Translations under genes and position numbers: made by a program
Notes under the pieces: model-generated
What the model was told of the DNA's origin: nothing
What the model saw: the letters and a program-made list of their open reading frames with translations, nothing else
Database searches by the model: none
Part shown: piece after piece, positions 38,731 to 50,719 of the stretch
Numbering within the stretch: the stretch's first letter is position 1
Layout of the letters: each line of letters starts with the position of its first letter
Source of the DNA: Callorhinchus milii
Lineage: Eukaryota
Length of the DNA stretch: 64,000 nucleotides
NCBI RefSeq assembly: GCF_018977255.1
Contig: NW_024704743.1
Coordinates: forward strand, 58,964,001 to 59,028,000
Direction of reading: 5' to 3'

Positions 38731-38892
38731 AGGCTGAGACTGATAGATTCTTGAAAAATAGAGGGATTAGGGGATATGGGGATAGGGCAGGTAATCAGAG
38801 TTAGGTGAGAAGATCAGCCATGATCTTATTGAATGGCGGAGCAGGCACGAAGGGCCGAATGGCCTACTCCTGCTCCTAATTCTTATGTTCTT
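38731..38892 (+). mobile_element. CR1-type (shark HER1/HE1-like) 3' end
   Basis: aggctgagactgatagattcttg...gatcagccatgatcttattgaatggcggagcaggcacgaagggccgaatggcctactcctgctcct-aattcttatgttctta. Confidence 0.9.
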
Positions 38893-39224
38893 ATCACTCA
38901 GTGTGTAACAAGAGCATGTACAAAAATTAAATATAAGTAGCATCTCAGGAAACATTGTATGGAAATTAAACTAGGAGAACATTTTTACAATTTTACAATG
39001 TGGGTCAACACACAAAGTAATTTAGAGGTACGAACAAGGCTGATCACAAAGTGGAAACACTGCACAAGGGTGGTTTTATCGCACCATTTGTTTCCACCAC
39101 AACAAGCTAATAATAGGAATGAGTGCATCAGCCAAATTCTGAATTGGGTTTGATTATACCAATTTCAGTTCCCTCCACAGCAATGGGCAAAGTTATTGAC
39201 TCAAGCGAAACAAAAACACAAAGA

Positions 39225-39555
39225 GCCCTTGAAAGTTTGCCTCCAAGTCCTTACTAAATTAGCAGATGGCAATTGAGATGGCAAAAGGAGCACTATAATT
39301 AGCCTCGATACACTTGGGATGAAGAGAGGAGTGGCACATAAGGCTGAGTTTGTGCTTCTGATCACAATCTATGTATCCCTGCTAGGTGTGCTTGTTTGAA
39401 AGGTTGTGCATACGAACATCTGAAATTTCAGTCAACGTTTTGCGTTGACAAATGTTGGCAGGCAATTGGATTTCCCCACTAAAATCAGCATTTAGACAAG
39501 GACAAAATTGGCCTCAGCTATGATTTTCTCCACAGTTGAAAAGCCAGTTGATATG
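39225..39555 (+). mobile_element. Ancient AmnSINE2-like SINE, degenerate
   Basis: gcactataattagcctc...ttctgatcacaatc...ccctgctagg...aggacaaaattggcctcagctatga...tccacagttgaa. Confidence 0.45.
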
Positions 39556-39559
39556 TAAG

Positions 39560-39850
39560 AATAATTCTTGCAGTTAATGCTTTATCACAACATCAAAGAG
39601 CTTCACCAGATTTTACTGTGAAGTGTAGTAACTGTATTGGGATGTCATCCCCTACGTGAAAGACGCTTTACAAATGTAACTTTGTATTGCATTGTATTTA
39701 CAGGCAAGCATGACAGCCAATTTGCACAAACAGCTATGGAGTGAGTGACCAATTTTATCTGCTGAAACTCCCTACTATTTTCAAATGGTGTCATGGGATC
39801 TTTAACACCTGAACAGGTGTATGGTTCCTCGATTCAATGTTTCATCCAAT
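39560..39850 (-). mobile_element. Deu/SacSINE1-like SINE with nested plus-strand tail fragment
   Basis: cagccaatttgcac...cagctatggagtgagtgaccaatt...catgggatctttaacacctgaacagg. Confidence 0.65.
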
Positions 39851-40464
39851 ATTCAGAATGAAATGGATTTAAAAAATGCCCATTACGTGAGATTGAGTGG
39901 ACCAATAACATTTTTTAAATTGTAGTTCAGCAAAAGTTGACTTCAGGCAATAAAATGGTAAGAGGAGCAATTACATTTTTAAGAAAAATTCAGAACTGGG
40001 TCGATTGTACTCAAGCGTTGGAGACGCTATCTGTGTGGAGAGTGCTATATAAATGCAAGCTCTTGTTGTTGATTGTGGTTTAAATGGAGAACGGAAATGA
40101 CCAAATTCCAATGTGGACTTGTCAACATGGAGGGGGATACTGAACTCTCTCAATTCCTCAAAGATTAGAATACAAGTGGGGAAATGTAGTCAAATTACAC
40201 AGATTGAAATCCAAAATCCAAATTAAATTTGGGTTCCCCATCCATGTCCCTAGTTACAAAGCTTACACAGTTTTTTTTGGTATTAAGAGTACAGTAGAAG
40301 TATATGGAGGGGATACAAAACATCTTGCAGGACAATTCCGGAACAGTAAGTTTGTTTTATGAAAGCTCTGGCATGAAAATGAAACGTCTGCAAATAATTT
40401 CACAGACAAAAAGTACCATGTGGCCTTGGATTTAGGAACACTGTTTTAAAATTTAAGATTAAGC

Positions 40465-40562
40465 AGAATTTTGTTTGTAAATTCACTCTCAATTTGGAAG
40501 CTGTTTGTCTGCAGTTCTAAAAAAAAAGCCAGTTTCCAAATTAATAACTTTGCCAAATTCTA
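40465..40562. repeat. AT-rich palindromic hairpin element, copy 1
   Basis: aatttggaagctg (40491-40503) pairs with cagtttccaaatt (40530-40542); outer agaattttg/caaattct; similar to 52486-52597. Confidence 0.65.
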
Positions 40563-41919
40563 TTTTTTTTAAAAAAAAAGAGTGCTATTAAGAGCAGCAC
40601 AGTGGGAGTCTGCGGCTTCAAACTGTTTACACACCTCAGCTGTGTGGTACAATTCAAGCCGAAATGAGAGAAATACCCTTTCACTTAGGCATTTTGGCCT
40701 CATCTTTTTGAGAGCACACATTTCCTAATGCTACGAACCTTAAACAATGTAAACGGGCACAACCGAACCTCCTTAGAAACTCAAAAGTTCTTACCAAACC
40801 TACACAGAATAGATTTTCACAAAGCAAGAGATGCCAAGTCACACAAAATAGGATACCTGTGTAACTAACATCAGGCAGAGAGAAAACGCATCCCTCTGTC
40901 AACACCATTTCAAATGTCTCCACAGAACAGCATGAACAAGGTGTACCACAGGTAGTAACACTTTACATGATGTTCCAGAGTCAGGAGGGGGTCAGACATG
41001 AGATGAAAAAACAAGAGACACAAAACAAAGGAGAAAACAGTTTAGTTAATTAACTGCACAACAAAAAAAAAACTGATAACTTTTTTTCCAAAAATACTGC
41101 CTTAAAATTCTTCTCATCTTAACCACCGACTGGCACCAGGTGCTGCTAGAATGCAGTTGTCCATTGCCCACATAACTGATGTCAAGTGGCCAGAAGTCAA
41201 CATTTTGCCAACAAACTCTTTGTGTGAGTTGTATCTATCGAATAGGCATTGTAGCAATTCTCCAAAAACATGGTTCATGAACTGTACCTCAAGGCACTTA
41301 AGGTAAGGAAGTTGATTTGTGAAGCACTGACATAGGGAGTTGCTCAGCATTGAGCAGGTTCTGGCAAATTGGAAATGGTGACAGAGAAATAACTGGCGAT
41401 AACAGATCAATTAACCCGACCTCAATGATTGGAAAAGTAATTACAGAAACAAAATTGATTATCCATATAAGAACCAAATAAATTCTAGTCAGTGGCTTCA
41501 GAAAGCGAGGATATTGCCTGTCAAACCTCATGAGATGACATTGAAAATTGACTTTAGAAAGTCGTACGATGTGTACTTTCAAAAAACCTTTATCAAAGTA
41601 CTACACAAGAGACTATTTAAACAGAGGATATCTTTAATGAGCGGGCTACATTGAAAGAAATGGAGGTGTGGAAGTATGGATATACTGTGCTTCACAGAAT
41701 ATATCGTGAAGTGACTGTATTTGTGGGCGAACTCGGCAGCCAATTTGTGCACAGTATTGCCCCACAAACATACAACCTGGTTTTGTAGATTCAGTACAAG
41801 GTAGTGAAATTTGCAGGTGAAACAGACATGCAAAGTTGGGGTGGGGGGGAAGAGAGAGAAGATAATTATGGAAGACTTACATGGAAGGCTCAACACCTGG
41901 AATAGTCTGTCATTGGTAC

Positions 41920-42330
41920 AGTCAAATGTAAGATGCTATACATGAGAAGCATCTTTACTTCATGAATAGAACTTAACAGTGGGAAATTGAAAGAGAACTG
42001 AACTAAGGTTTAATCGACTTATTTCTCATGATGCCTAAAACATCGAGGCGACGATGAATGAGGTAACCTGGATGTTGAGCAACATTGCTATATACAATAT
42101 ACATATGTATGCAGCCTTTCCTGTCAGGATGTTAGGCAACATTGCCAAATACAATATATACTCTTATGCACTTGTATGCAGCCTTTCCCAAAGCAATTGT
42201 ACCGGAGCCAAGGATCAAAATTAATTAAATTGAGATCCCCAGAAGCCATCCTCACAAACAATAGTGGACTCTGGTCAGACTGCACCTAAAGTACTGCGTA
42301 AAGTCCTAGTCAATGTACCATGAAGGTGCT
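41920..42330 (+). mobile_element. Degenerate CR1 fragment with an internal ~57-bp tandem duplication (~42070-42190)
   Basis: ctctggtcagactgcacctaaagtactgcgt resembles LVRPHLEYCV; gatgtt..gcaacattgc..atacaatata..tgtatgcagcctttcc occurs twice. Confidence 0.55.
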
Positions 42331-43939
42331 GCCAAGACTGTTCTCACATGCCAGCACTCGTGGAGCCCAGGAATTTACAGGCCAACTCCTCCCACAAGGC
42401 ATTTAGTGCATGATTGAGATTTTTACATACACCCCACCATTACAGTTTAATCAAAGGGGTGGGCACCTGTAAAAACTAATTTACGCACCAACCTCCCTCA
42501 ACTTTAATTTTGATTTAGATACTGGAGAGACTTCATCACAATGCCGGGTAATTCTCTCAGAAGGAATAAAGAAAACAAAATAGTCAATCCCAGCTACAGA
42601 CAACTTAAGAGTAGGCATCTACAAACTATATTGTGGACAGTGTGGTGAAGGTCTCTAAGGAGGTTAAAACAATACACTTGTTTTAAAAACAAATTTACAA
42701 GAATAAGTTTAAAATAAAATAATCCTAGTATGGCATGTCGGGAGGATATCTCAAAAGTGTTTCACATGACTTACTGTAAAATAGTGGCATTTCTGTTTCT
42801 CTTCATTAACCACCATATTATCTATCATTTGCCTTGCCCAGCCAGCTCCTCTACCTTGTTGCTGAATTAGTTCACCACATTCGTGCAGTCCAGCAATACA
42901 GTGCATTCATAATAGCCAACCTTACAAATTATTCAACCCAATTATCAGCGGGTCAGGCAATTCTCTCAGAAGAAGAAATAAAGAAAATAGTATTTTTTGA
43001 TTTTAAAGAATTTGACTAAGACAACATATTGAGACTCTCCCATTAGGTGTTCATCACCCAATGGAAGGCAATAACGGCTCCCTTCACCCAGAGAACATAG
43101 TAAAGCTTGCCAGACATTGCTTTCAATGACAAACTATGCGTTTTTAAGTTGGTAAGAATCCAGGGATACCCCCAATACACACTATGGGATCCCAAAGCCT
43201 GGCTCTTTCCAACCTGCACCTAATAATCTCTGGAATTGGGATAGCAAGATGCATCCAATAAATATCTCCAAATTGTAGATGGCATGCCTAGAACTGCCTG
43301 GCTGGTTTGGATACTCTTTAGCACAATGATGATTTTCTGCATGTGTCAGATACCAGCTGAGTAAAATCATGGGCAACCGAGCTGCAGAATTGTGGACCAT
43401 CAAGGCACTATAATATAGGGTCACAGTTCATGGACTCAAACCACCGCTTTATAATTGTGAGGGGTGGGCGAAGTGGGGTTCACTGATTTGGTTGCATAAT
43501 TTGCTGCAATGGTAAGGATAAAGTTCGGTGTTCCACCGGGCAAAATGATATTCCACTTGCACAAAAGTTGCACCTTCCAAAAACCTATAAATGGTGAAAA
43601 TATGCACATAGTTGTAACAAACTCACTGGAATGTTTTCAGGCAGAATTGGAAGATAGTATGTTAATGAACTAAACATGTGGCTATTCACATATGGTCTAC
43701 ATGTGAAAAATATTGTGGTATAGATTAGCCTCCCGCCTGGGCCACGTTTTACTAGTCTGGCCCACAAACATCCTTTTGCAGCCTGTTCCATTCGCTGGGC
43801 TTCATTCCCGACAAATTAATTAATTACTAATGCTCCTTATTTTTCATGCATTAAAGACCCACGTCTGAATGCTAGTATCTTTTAGTTGCATATTTTTCTT
43901 AAAAGGCATACTTTAAGCAGCATGTTTTAACTTTAAACA

Positions 43940-44145
43940 AGACTTCACTCAGTGGGTTGTTTGGATGTGGAATTCACCACCTATTGAGGCTTGATCAATA
44001 GAATCATTCAAGGGGAAACTGGGTAAGCACCTAAGAAGTAAAAATGTTAAGTGATATAGGGAAAGCTGGAGAGTGAGATTAATAAATAAAGGACATTTTA
44101 GAAAAACAGGTGGCTGTGGCATAGACACGATGGGCCGAATAGCTT
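43940..44145 (+). mobile_element. CR1 3' end
   Basis: ttcactcagtgggttgtttggatgtggaattca (FTQxVVxxWNS)...gacacgatgggccgaatagc. Confidence 0.75.
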
Positions 44146-46047
44146 GAGTGCTGAAAATATCTGTTTCCCATGTGTTTGGTTAAGGCTAAATATTATATTC
44201 TCACTTGGGATGTCAGATTCCATTCTTAAAGGGGTGGATAGAATTGAACGGCCACCTTACTACCACATCCCTGGCGCATCACAACAAGACTTTACCCGCT
44301 CTTCTTCCACCAGCACCCCCACAAATGTTAGTCCAGTCAGTTCAGCGCTCCAAGACCCTACCCTGGATGAAGGATACTGCACAAATGTAAATTGCTGTCC
44401 AAACCAGGAGTCTAGTGGGGAGGTAGGGATTTTACACTCACACGTCCTGGGATTCCATGCACGTCGATAGGTAGGTAATCCCATAGGGAACAGAAAGAAT
44501 ATGTGACTCTGGACAGTCTTTCCCGTGATGAGTGGGGAACGAGAGAAAGCAAAGCTCTGCAGCATTATGATGTAGTTACACATGCCAATTCTAATGAAGC
44601 TTCATTAAAAAAAGATAAAATCTCGAGATTATAGGTAGTTGCAATTTGTCTAAAGAGAATCGAAAAATGCAAATCAAATATTGTAATCTTACCAGTGACT
44701 CTCAGGACAAATATAGCTGATCTAAAACCTTAAGTAGAAATTACCTGTGTGTGACAAGGTCCGCCTTTTGACCTGTGCTGCATTAAAATTAGATCCGGAT
44801 GATGCAAATTTGATTCAACAGATTTGGGCACCTGTAATGAAGGCTGCCACACAACCAACAAGACACCGCAGAAGAAGGGAAACTGTATAAGTCACAGCAA
44901 TACTTTTATTCCAGAGAATCCAGTTCATTTAAGCATTGAAAATCAAAGCAACTCCTGAAGCTTGTTGTGTAAATAATGGCAGGGTGGGGGGGAAGAATGT
45001 GTACATACTACATCAATGCAGCACAACAGGGTCTCGATTCCTGTAGGGCATTTGGGTATATGGTCTATAAATTAGACCACTGGAACCTCCGTTCAAAGTG
45101 TTGAGCATATAACAGGGCAGCAACATTAAAGCATTCTTCTTTCCATAATTACAGATATACATTAAAAATACCACCTTCACCTCTGAAGGTATGTTTTTAA
45201 AAAAAGCATTCGTGCTATTCCCTTGAATACAAATACTCTTGTATTACTCCTGAGCCAATAAATAAAGACCAAAGCTGCCTACTGTGCCATTTTTTATTTC
45301 TGTGGTCTTGATTTAATTAATAGGAAACTGTGTGGAATTTTGCATGGCCGTTGTAGAATGTTAATGAGAACGCTGGACAGATTTTTATCTTTGACAATTC
45401 AGACTGTGGAGCCTGTGCAAGCCAGGAAAAGAGAACAGTAATTCTTTAAATCAACCATGTGAAAAATACTGCACCATCAATCTAAGTGTTTTATAAGGAG
45501 ACTAATGTTGACCTCTGGCTGCCTTTTCTCAGGAAGGGTGGTCTCGACCAACAAAATCAAAATCAAACAATGCATTTAAACAGTCACAAAAATAAAGAAA
45601 AAAAAACTGGAAGAAAAACAAACTGGGGGTAAAAGTGAGCAGGCAAAATACATTAGGAGACAGTCTGATTCAGAAACATTTTGTTTAAAAAAGTCTTTTC
45701 AAGTTGCAATGGGAAACTCTGCTTCGGCTTTGGCCAAAACAAACTTGCCATAGGAGTCTTAGATCAGCAAATATTACAGCACAAAGCCCACACTATCTGA
45801 AGTACACAGTTTATTCACGAGCAGACTCAGTTGCTGGTAGTGTTCAGTGGAAGTTATAACATCTTCTGAAACTTTAGACAATTTTGACATCTCCACTTTC
45901 ATGAAAGCAAAAATGTGTTCAGATACATACACCAGATATGTCAACATTTGGTCTCTTCTACTGGTGTACTGAAATCCTGCCCTAAGCAATGAATACAATT
46001 TTCAAATTAAAGAAAAGCAACCAACACAAAGCACAGTAGTTCTCTTC

Positions 46048-46080
46048 TACACACACACACACACACACAGACACACACAC
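46048..46080. repeat. (CA)n microsatellite
   Basis: Direct inspection. Confidence 0.95.
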
Positions 46081-46614
46081 TCTCTCATTGAAATATTAAC
46101 ATTTATTTTAAGACTTTAGTCTTAAAATTTAGGATTGTTTAGAAAGTTGGAAGTTCCAAACTGAAAATTTCATTTTACAAACTGCCAGCTTGTACATTAA
46201 GAATAAATACAAAACTTCTCTGAAATTTTGCACAACCTTGAACTTTGAGGCCTCAAGACCATTGAACATTATGATCATACAAAATTCAAGAAAGATGCTG
46301 AATCTGTCATTTCAATGACACTCGTTGACTGAAGAAATGTCAGTGGACCTCCCAGTCTCCATCAGTCATGAAACATCAACACAGTGTAAATAGTGCATCA
46401 TAAAATCTATTAGATTTGTGCAAAATTTCTGTACGAGATATACGAATGCACAAGACTTTTCTATCATTCATTCCCAGCCCAAAAGGTGGTGCTGATTCAA
46501 GATTCAAGATGTTCCACAGGAGTCATCTGCCCTCAAATGGCTTGTCCAAGATCCCATTCTTCACACAGGGGCAAGCCAGCAAGTCTCTGTGGGCTATTCT
46601 AATATGGTGGATAT

Positions 46615-46850
46615 CAGAGACCAATCCACTCTTCATCCGATCTCCAGACACATGCAACTTTGCAGCAGCAGACAGTGAATAGTAATTCGGAGCAGGAACC
46701 CATTTCATACTGTCCTTGCCCTCATACAACAGCACAAGAATTCGAGTGTAGTGTTCCTAAACAATCAGGCTGAAATCAAATTACCCAGCATAAATTGAGC
46801 AACAAATCGAGGACCTTCCTTGTGGCCATAGCTCAGTTCCACACTAGCCC
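46615..46850 (-). mobile_element. Ancient AmnSINE2-like SINE, degenerate
   Basis: Reverse strand actgagctatggccacaaggaaggtcctcg...gggttcctgctccgaattactattca...caaagttgcatgtgtctgg. Confidence 0.45.
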
Positions 46851-47474
46851 ACAGGCATGCCCACTAAGACACTTTGAGAGACCCAAGAGGTGCCTTGCAC
46901 TGGGGTATAGTCCTATGCTAAGAAGCCTCTGCAGTTGGCAAAACATCAAGTCTGACAAATGCAGTTCTTATCCCATCTACTTACATCTGCTCTTAAACTC
47001 ACTGGCTGAGATCTCTCAATAAATCAAGGTTTCTCACCAGGCAGAATATGCCTTCTCTCTTCCCCCCTCTAAGTTACATACACTCACACTCTGACTTCAC
47101 CTAGAACTGGGAAACCAAACCTTTGCTCGTCTCTACTCAGACGGTCTAGATGGGTTCTGGTACAATTCTGAAGCAATGGGTTTGATTAACAAGTCCCGAT
47201 TGCGATCAGGCTCTCGGATGATGGATGTCATAAGTTGTATAGCACAAAGCTAACCTCTCTGTTATAACACTGTAAATAAATATTTTCTAGATTTTGCCAA
47301 GTCTTTTTTTTAAAAAGAGAACAAAGTTACTATAGTCCAGTCTTCCTCTTGTAAGAAAAAACAAGGTTTATTTAGTCCTGAAGGACCTAGAAATTCCAGC
47401 ACTTGGACTTGTTGCTTTCAGAAGCTGTCAACCACAGAAATACCATCTTAAATCACTTTCCTCAAGGTGCACTG

Positions 47475-47790
47475 ACAGCTCAGTCGGTAAAGTGACTGAG
47501 TAGAAACTGAGCCACACAGAGTGGGGAGGTCCCAAGTTTCCAACCTGTACAAGTTAGACAATCTGCTTCAGGTTTCTTTTGGACCCTATTATTGGCTTGA
47601 TGCCCCTGAGCTACAAAGGAACAAAAGGAAGCAAGGCTTTCTAAATACTACTGAATTATGCATGCTGCACAACCTATGTTGGGACAGGATTGTGCTCACC
47701 CATAACCTCCCCGTTCTCCCCATTGAAGCTGACACCTTGAGAACGGCTGCTTGGTTGAGGTACTAAAGAGCAACCAGCACCCATGGGGAC
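47475..47790 (+). mobile_element. Ancient AmnSINE2-like tRNA-derived SINE
   Basis: cagctcagtcggtaa A box, actgagccacacaga...ggtcccaagtttc, attggcttgatgcccctgagcta, ggacaggattgtgctc. Confidence 0.55.
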
Positions 47791-49074
47791 CAAAACCACA
47801 ACTTTGTTGTGCAGCATAAACATAGACCGTTATTTTTCACTATCTTCAGACAGTGATGGCTTCACTGTACAGACAGACATCGCCCCCAGAATTAAAGTTC
47901 TAGTCAACCAGTAAAAAACAATCAGGTTTGCCCATCGGCTAATCCCTCTTATATGCATATATATTGTGCTTGAATCTGCAGCTGCTTCACATTAAAAGGC
48001 ACCATGTATAAACAGTGTTAGTTTGCCTCCCCCTCTCATATGTGCAACACAGAAATAGAGCAATTCAAACCATTAGGACTGGAATGTATATGGGGTGGTG
48101 ACTTATCTATGTAGTCTATTAAAAAGTGCCTGACAAAATTACGAGCCCCTTGTCATCTATATCAATCTATACATAAAAAGTAATGATCTTTGTTTCAATT
48201 CACAAAGTATTACATTTGTCTTCAAGCAGAATGAAGATATCTACAACAACATCTGGAATGCAATTTGAAAAATATGCAGAAATGCAACTTTTTATTAAAA
48301 ATAGAAAAGACAATAATCCTGATGGGTAGGATGACATATTTAAACACAAATATTCTCAATCGGCTCTTCAGTCAAAATATACTGAATAGCATTTGACAAT
48401 ATCTGAGATTTGTAAATGCTATATCAAGTAATGTTATTTCTTTTAAGACAATGTATAGGTACACTGAATGGTTCTCTCACTGTCAGACAATGGTAGATCA
48501 AAATACTCTGAGACAGAGACAGTCAGTATCTACGGAAAATTTGAATAAAAGATAATATTTGTAGAGGGCCATGAAGTAACAAGATATTATCCATACCGCG
48601 CAATACCTCTAAACAAGGTGTCCGATCATAGGCTAGAATGGTTTAGCCAGAAATTAGAAAATCTGGACTATCATCAAAGCAGCTGCAATGTGATCCCAGG
48701 AGTTAACAACATTGCCAGCCCCAAACACCTGAGCTCTGGCCCGTGAGGAACAATCGAATGGGAATAACACAAGCCCCACATCTTCTTTTGTCTCATTAAA
48801 CAAAAACTTTTATTTCTATTATTAGTTCTCCCACAACACTCATTGCCAGACCAAGAGAGTGAGTCAGAGCACCTGCTCCCCAGGCTGCAAGAGAATCCCA
48901 AGGTATCTGGCTCTCTTATCCCATCCCTCTCCATGGAATACCCAAGGCTCTTTTTCAGATCTTCTCTTCGACTTCAAAAACACCCAACAGCAAAGATTAG
49001 GGACTTGCTACACTGGCGAAATCACACAACAGAATCTACCCGATGCACTGTAGCTGACGTGTATTATGAATTTT

Positions 49075-49347
49075 CATAGAATCATAGAAATTTACAGCAC
49101 AGCAGGAGGCCATCTGGCCCAAATAGTCTGTACTGGCTCTCAAAGTAAGATGTTCATTCTCCCCCTCCTGCTCAAGCCTCTTTCCTTTATATAACGGTTT
49201 ACTTCCCTCTTGAAAATCCACTCTGCCTCGAATACAAGGCACTCCACATTCCTATAACTGAGTGAAAACATTCTCTCAAACTCCCCCTTTTGCTCTTCTT
49301 GTGACTATCCTGTATCCATGGCCCCTAGTCACAGATTCCCCTACCAC
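49075..49347 (-). mobile_element. CR1 3' end
   Basis: catagaatcatagaaatttacagcacagcaggaggccat...ctgagtgaaaacattctc, similar to the 22517 copy. Confidence 0.85.
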
Positions 49348-49860
49348 TTGAATGGACGCACATATTCTTGTTTTAAAATGTTGGTTTGGTTAGTTACCTA
49401 GATCCTTAATTCAGACTGTTTGTATTGCGTTTGTGTTGAAGTAAAATACTTAATCTTCTACACAATGATAAAATTACCCTCATTGCAGTCATCTGGGATC
49501 ACCCTAAATAGCATTACTTTCTGCAGGTTTCCCTCCAGAGTTTCAGAAAGAACATAACTAAAAGCTCTAAAATAATCATTATTCTGGCTTTTCATGAGGG
49601 AGTTCCACTGGGAGCAGGAATATGTGCTGCAGAAAGAGGGGTGCGGCAAAACTACCACTGGGTTGCAATAATTCAAGTTCAGTATTACTAAATTGTCAAC
49701 AGTTTTCAAAAAAAAAGCCTAAACAGTAAATGTCATGGTACCTGTGCAAGAATGAGGACCTTTGTTGTTTTCATGATTTATTGTATTTAAGTCTGTCAAA
49801 CAAATAAAATGGTTGCTTGCCTTTTGTTTTTAAAGTTTCTGAGGGATGGTCATTTCAGTG

Positions 49861-49876
49861 CCCCCCCCCCCCCCCC
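49861..49876. repeat. C16 homopolymer
   Basis: Direct inspection. Confidence 0.95.
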
Positions 49877-50238
49877 ACCTCCACCACCAAAAAAAATACA
49901 TAAATGTGTTTTATTTACACTCAGGTTGAAAGTGTGGTATGTATGCCTGATTGCACTCACTATGTTGCATGCATGATAACACCACATCCATTTTAGATCT
50001 CAGCTGTACAAGCAATGCAGAACACATGTGCACCAAATCCTACTAATTTCCTTTAGACACAAGACTCCAGCTTCCCTGGAATGGACTGCGGATCACCATG
50101 CGAAAGATTAAGCCACAAATGCAGTGAAGAGTCCACCCTTATTGATATTCTCTGAACTCAAATTGTGGAATGATAATGGCGTATCTAAATCATTCTAGCT
50201 TTGTTTTTTCAGTTTTGTAGTTTAGCAGCAACTTTACA

Positions 50239-50540
50239 GGAGTCCTGTAGCTCAGTGGTTAGAGCACTCGCCTTGCAAGCGAGAGATCTGGGTTCGATTC
50301 CTGGCAGGGCAAAACCTTGGGCACGTTTCCTTACTCCACATGCCTGATAATCCCTCAAGAAAAAAAAATTGGTCACTTCAATCCATGACTGTTGTGGGAC
50401 ACTGCTGTGCGCAATTGGCTGCCATGTTTCATCCACAAATATACAGTCAATTCACTTTACACTATATTCTGTGAAGGACTTTGAGATGTCTAGAAGACGT
50501 AAAAAGCGCTATATCAAATGCAAGGATTATATTATTATAT
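50239..50540 (+). mobile_element. Young composite SINE, central-deletion variant; tRNA-Ala(TGC)-like head 50239-50311
   Basis: D arm GCTC-AGTGGTTA-GAGC, anticodon arm CTCGC-CTTGCAA-GCGAG, T loop TTCGATT, followed by SINE body and (TTA)n tail. Confidence 0.92.
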
Positions 50541-50719
50541 ATATTAGCCACAAACTACCCAATATTCCTTATCAAAAAAAGTACTCTCTACCAGTTTTTC
50601 TCCTCACTGGTGCCACTCTGCCCTTTTTCTTCCCCCTCCCCCCCTCCTGGGTCATTGGATATGTCCACAACCATCTTCATTTGATGACAGACAAGGGATG
50701 TAATCCAAGCAAGCATGTT

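Noticed and set aside
44144..44470. 108-aa plus-strand ORF with Ser/Thr-rich content
   Set aside because: Overlaps a degenerate L2-like 3' tail (cagcgctccaagac...tgaagg...aaatgtaaattgctgt) and abuts a CR1 end; no recognisable homology.
50239..50311. tRNA-Ala gene call
   Set aside because: Continues directly into SINE body and tail, recurs as the head of several copies, and has a short acceptor stem with a weak T stem; it is a SINE head.
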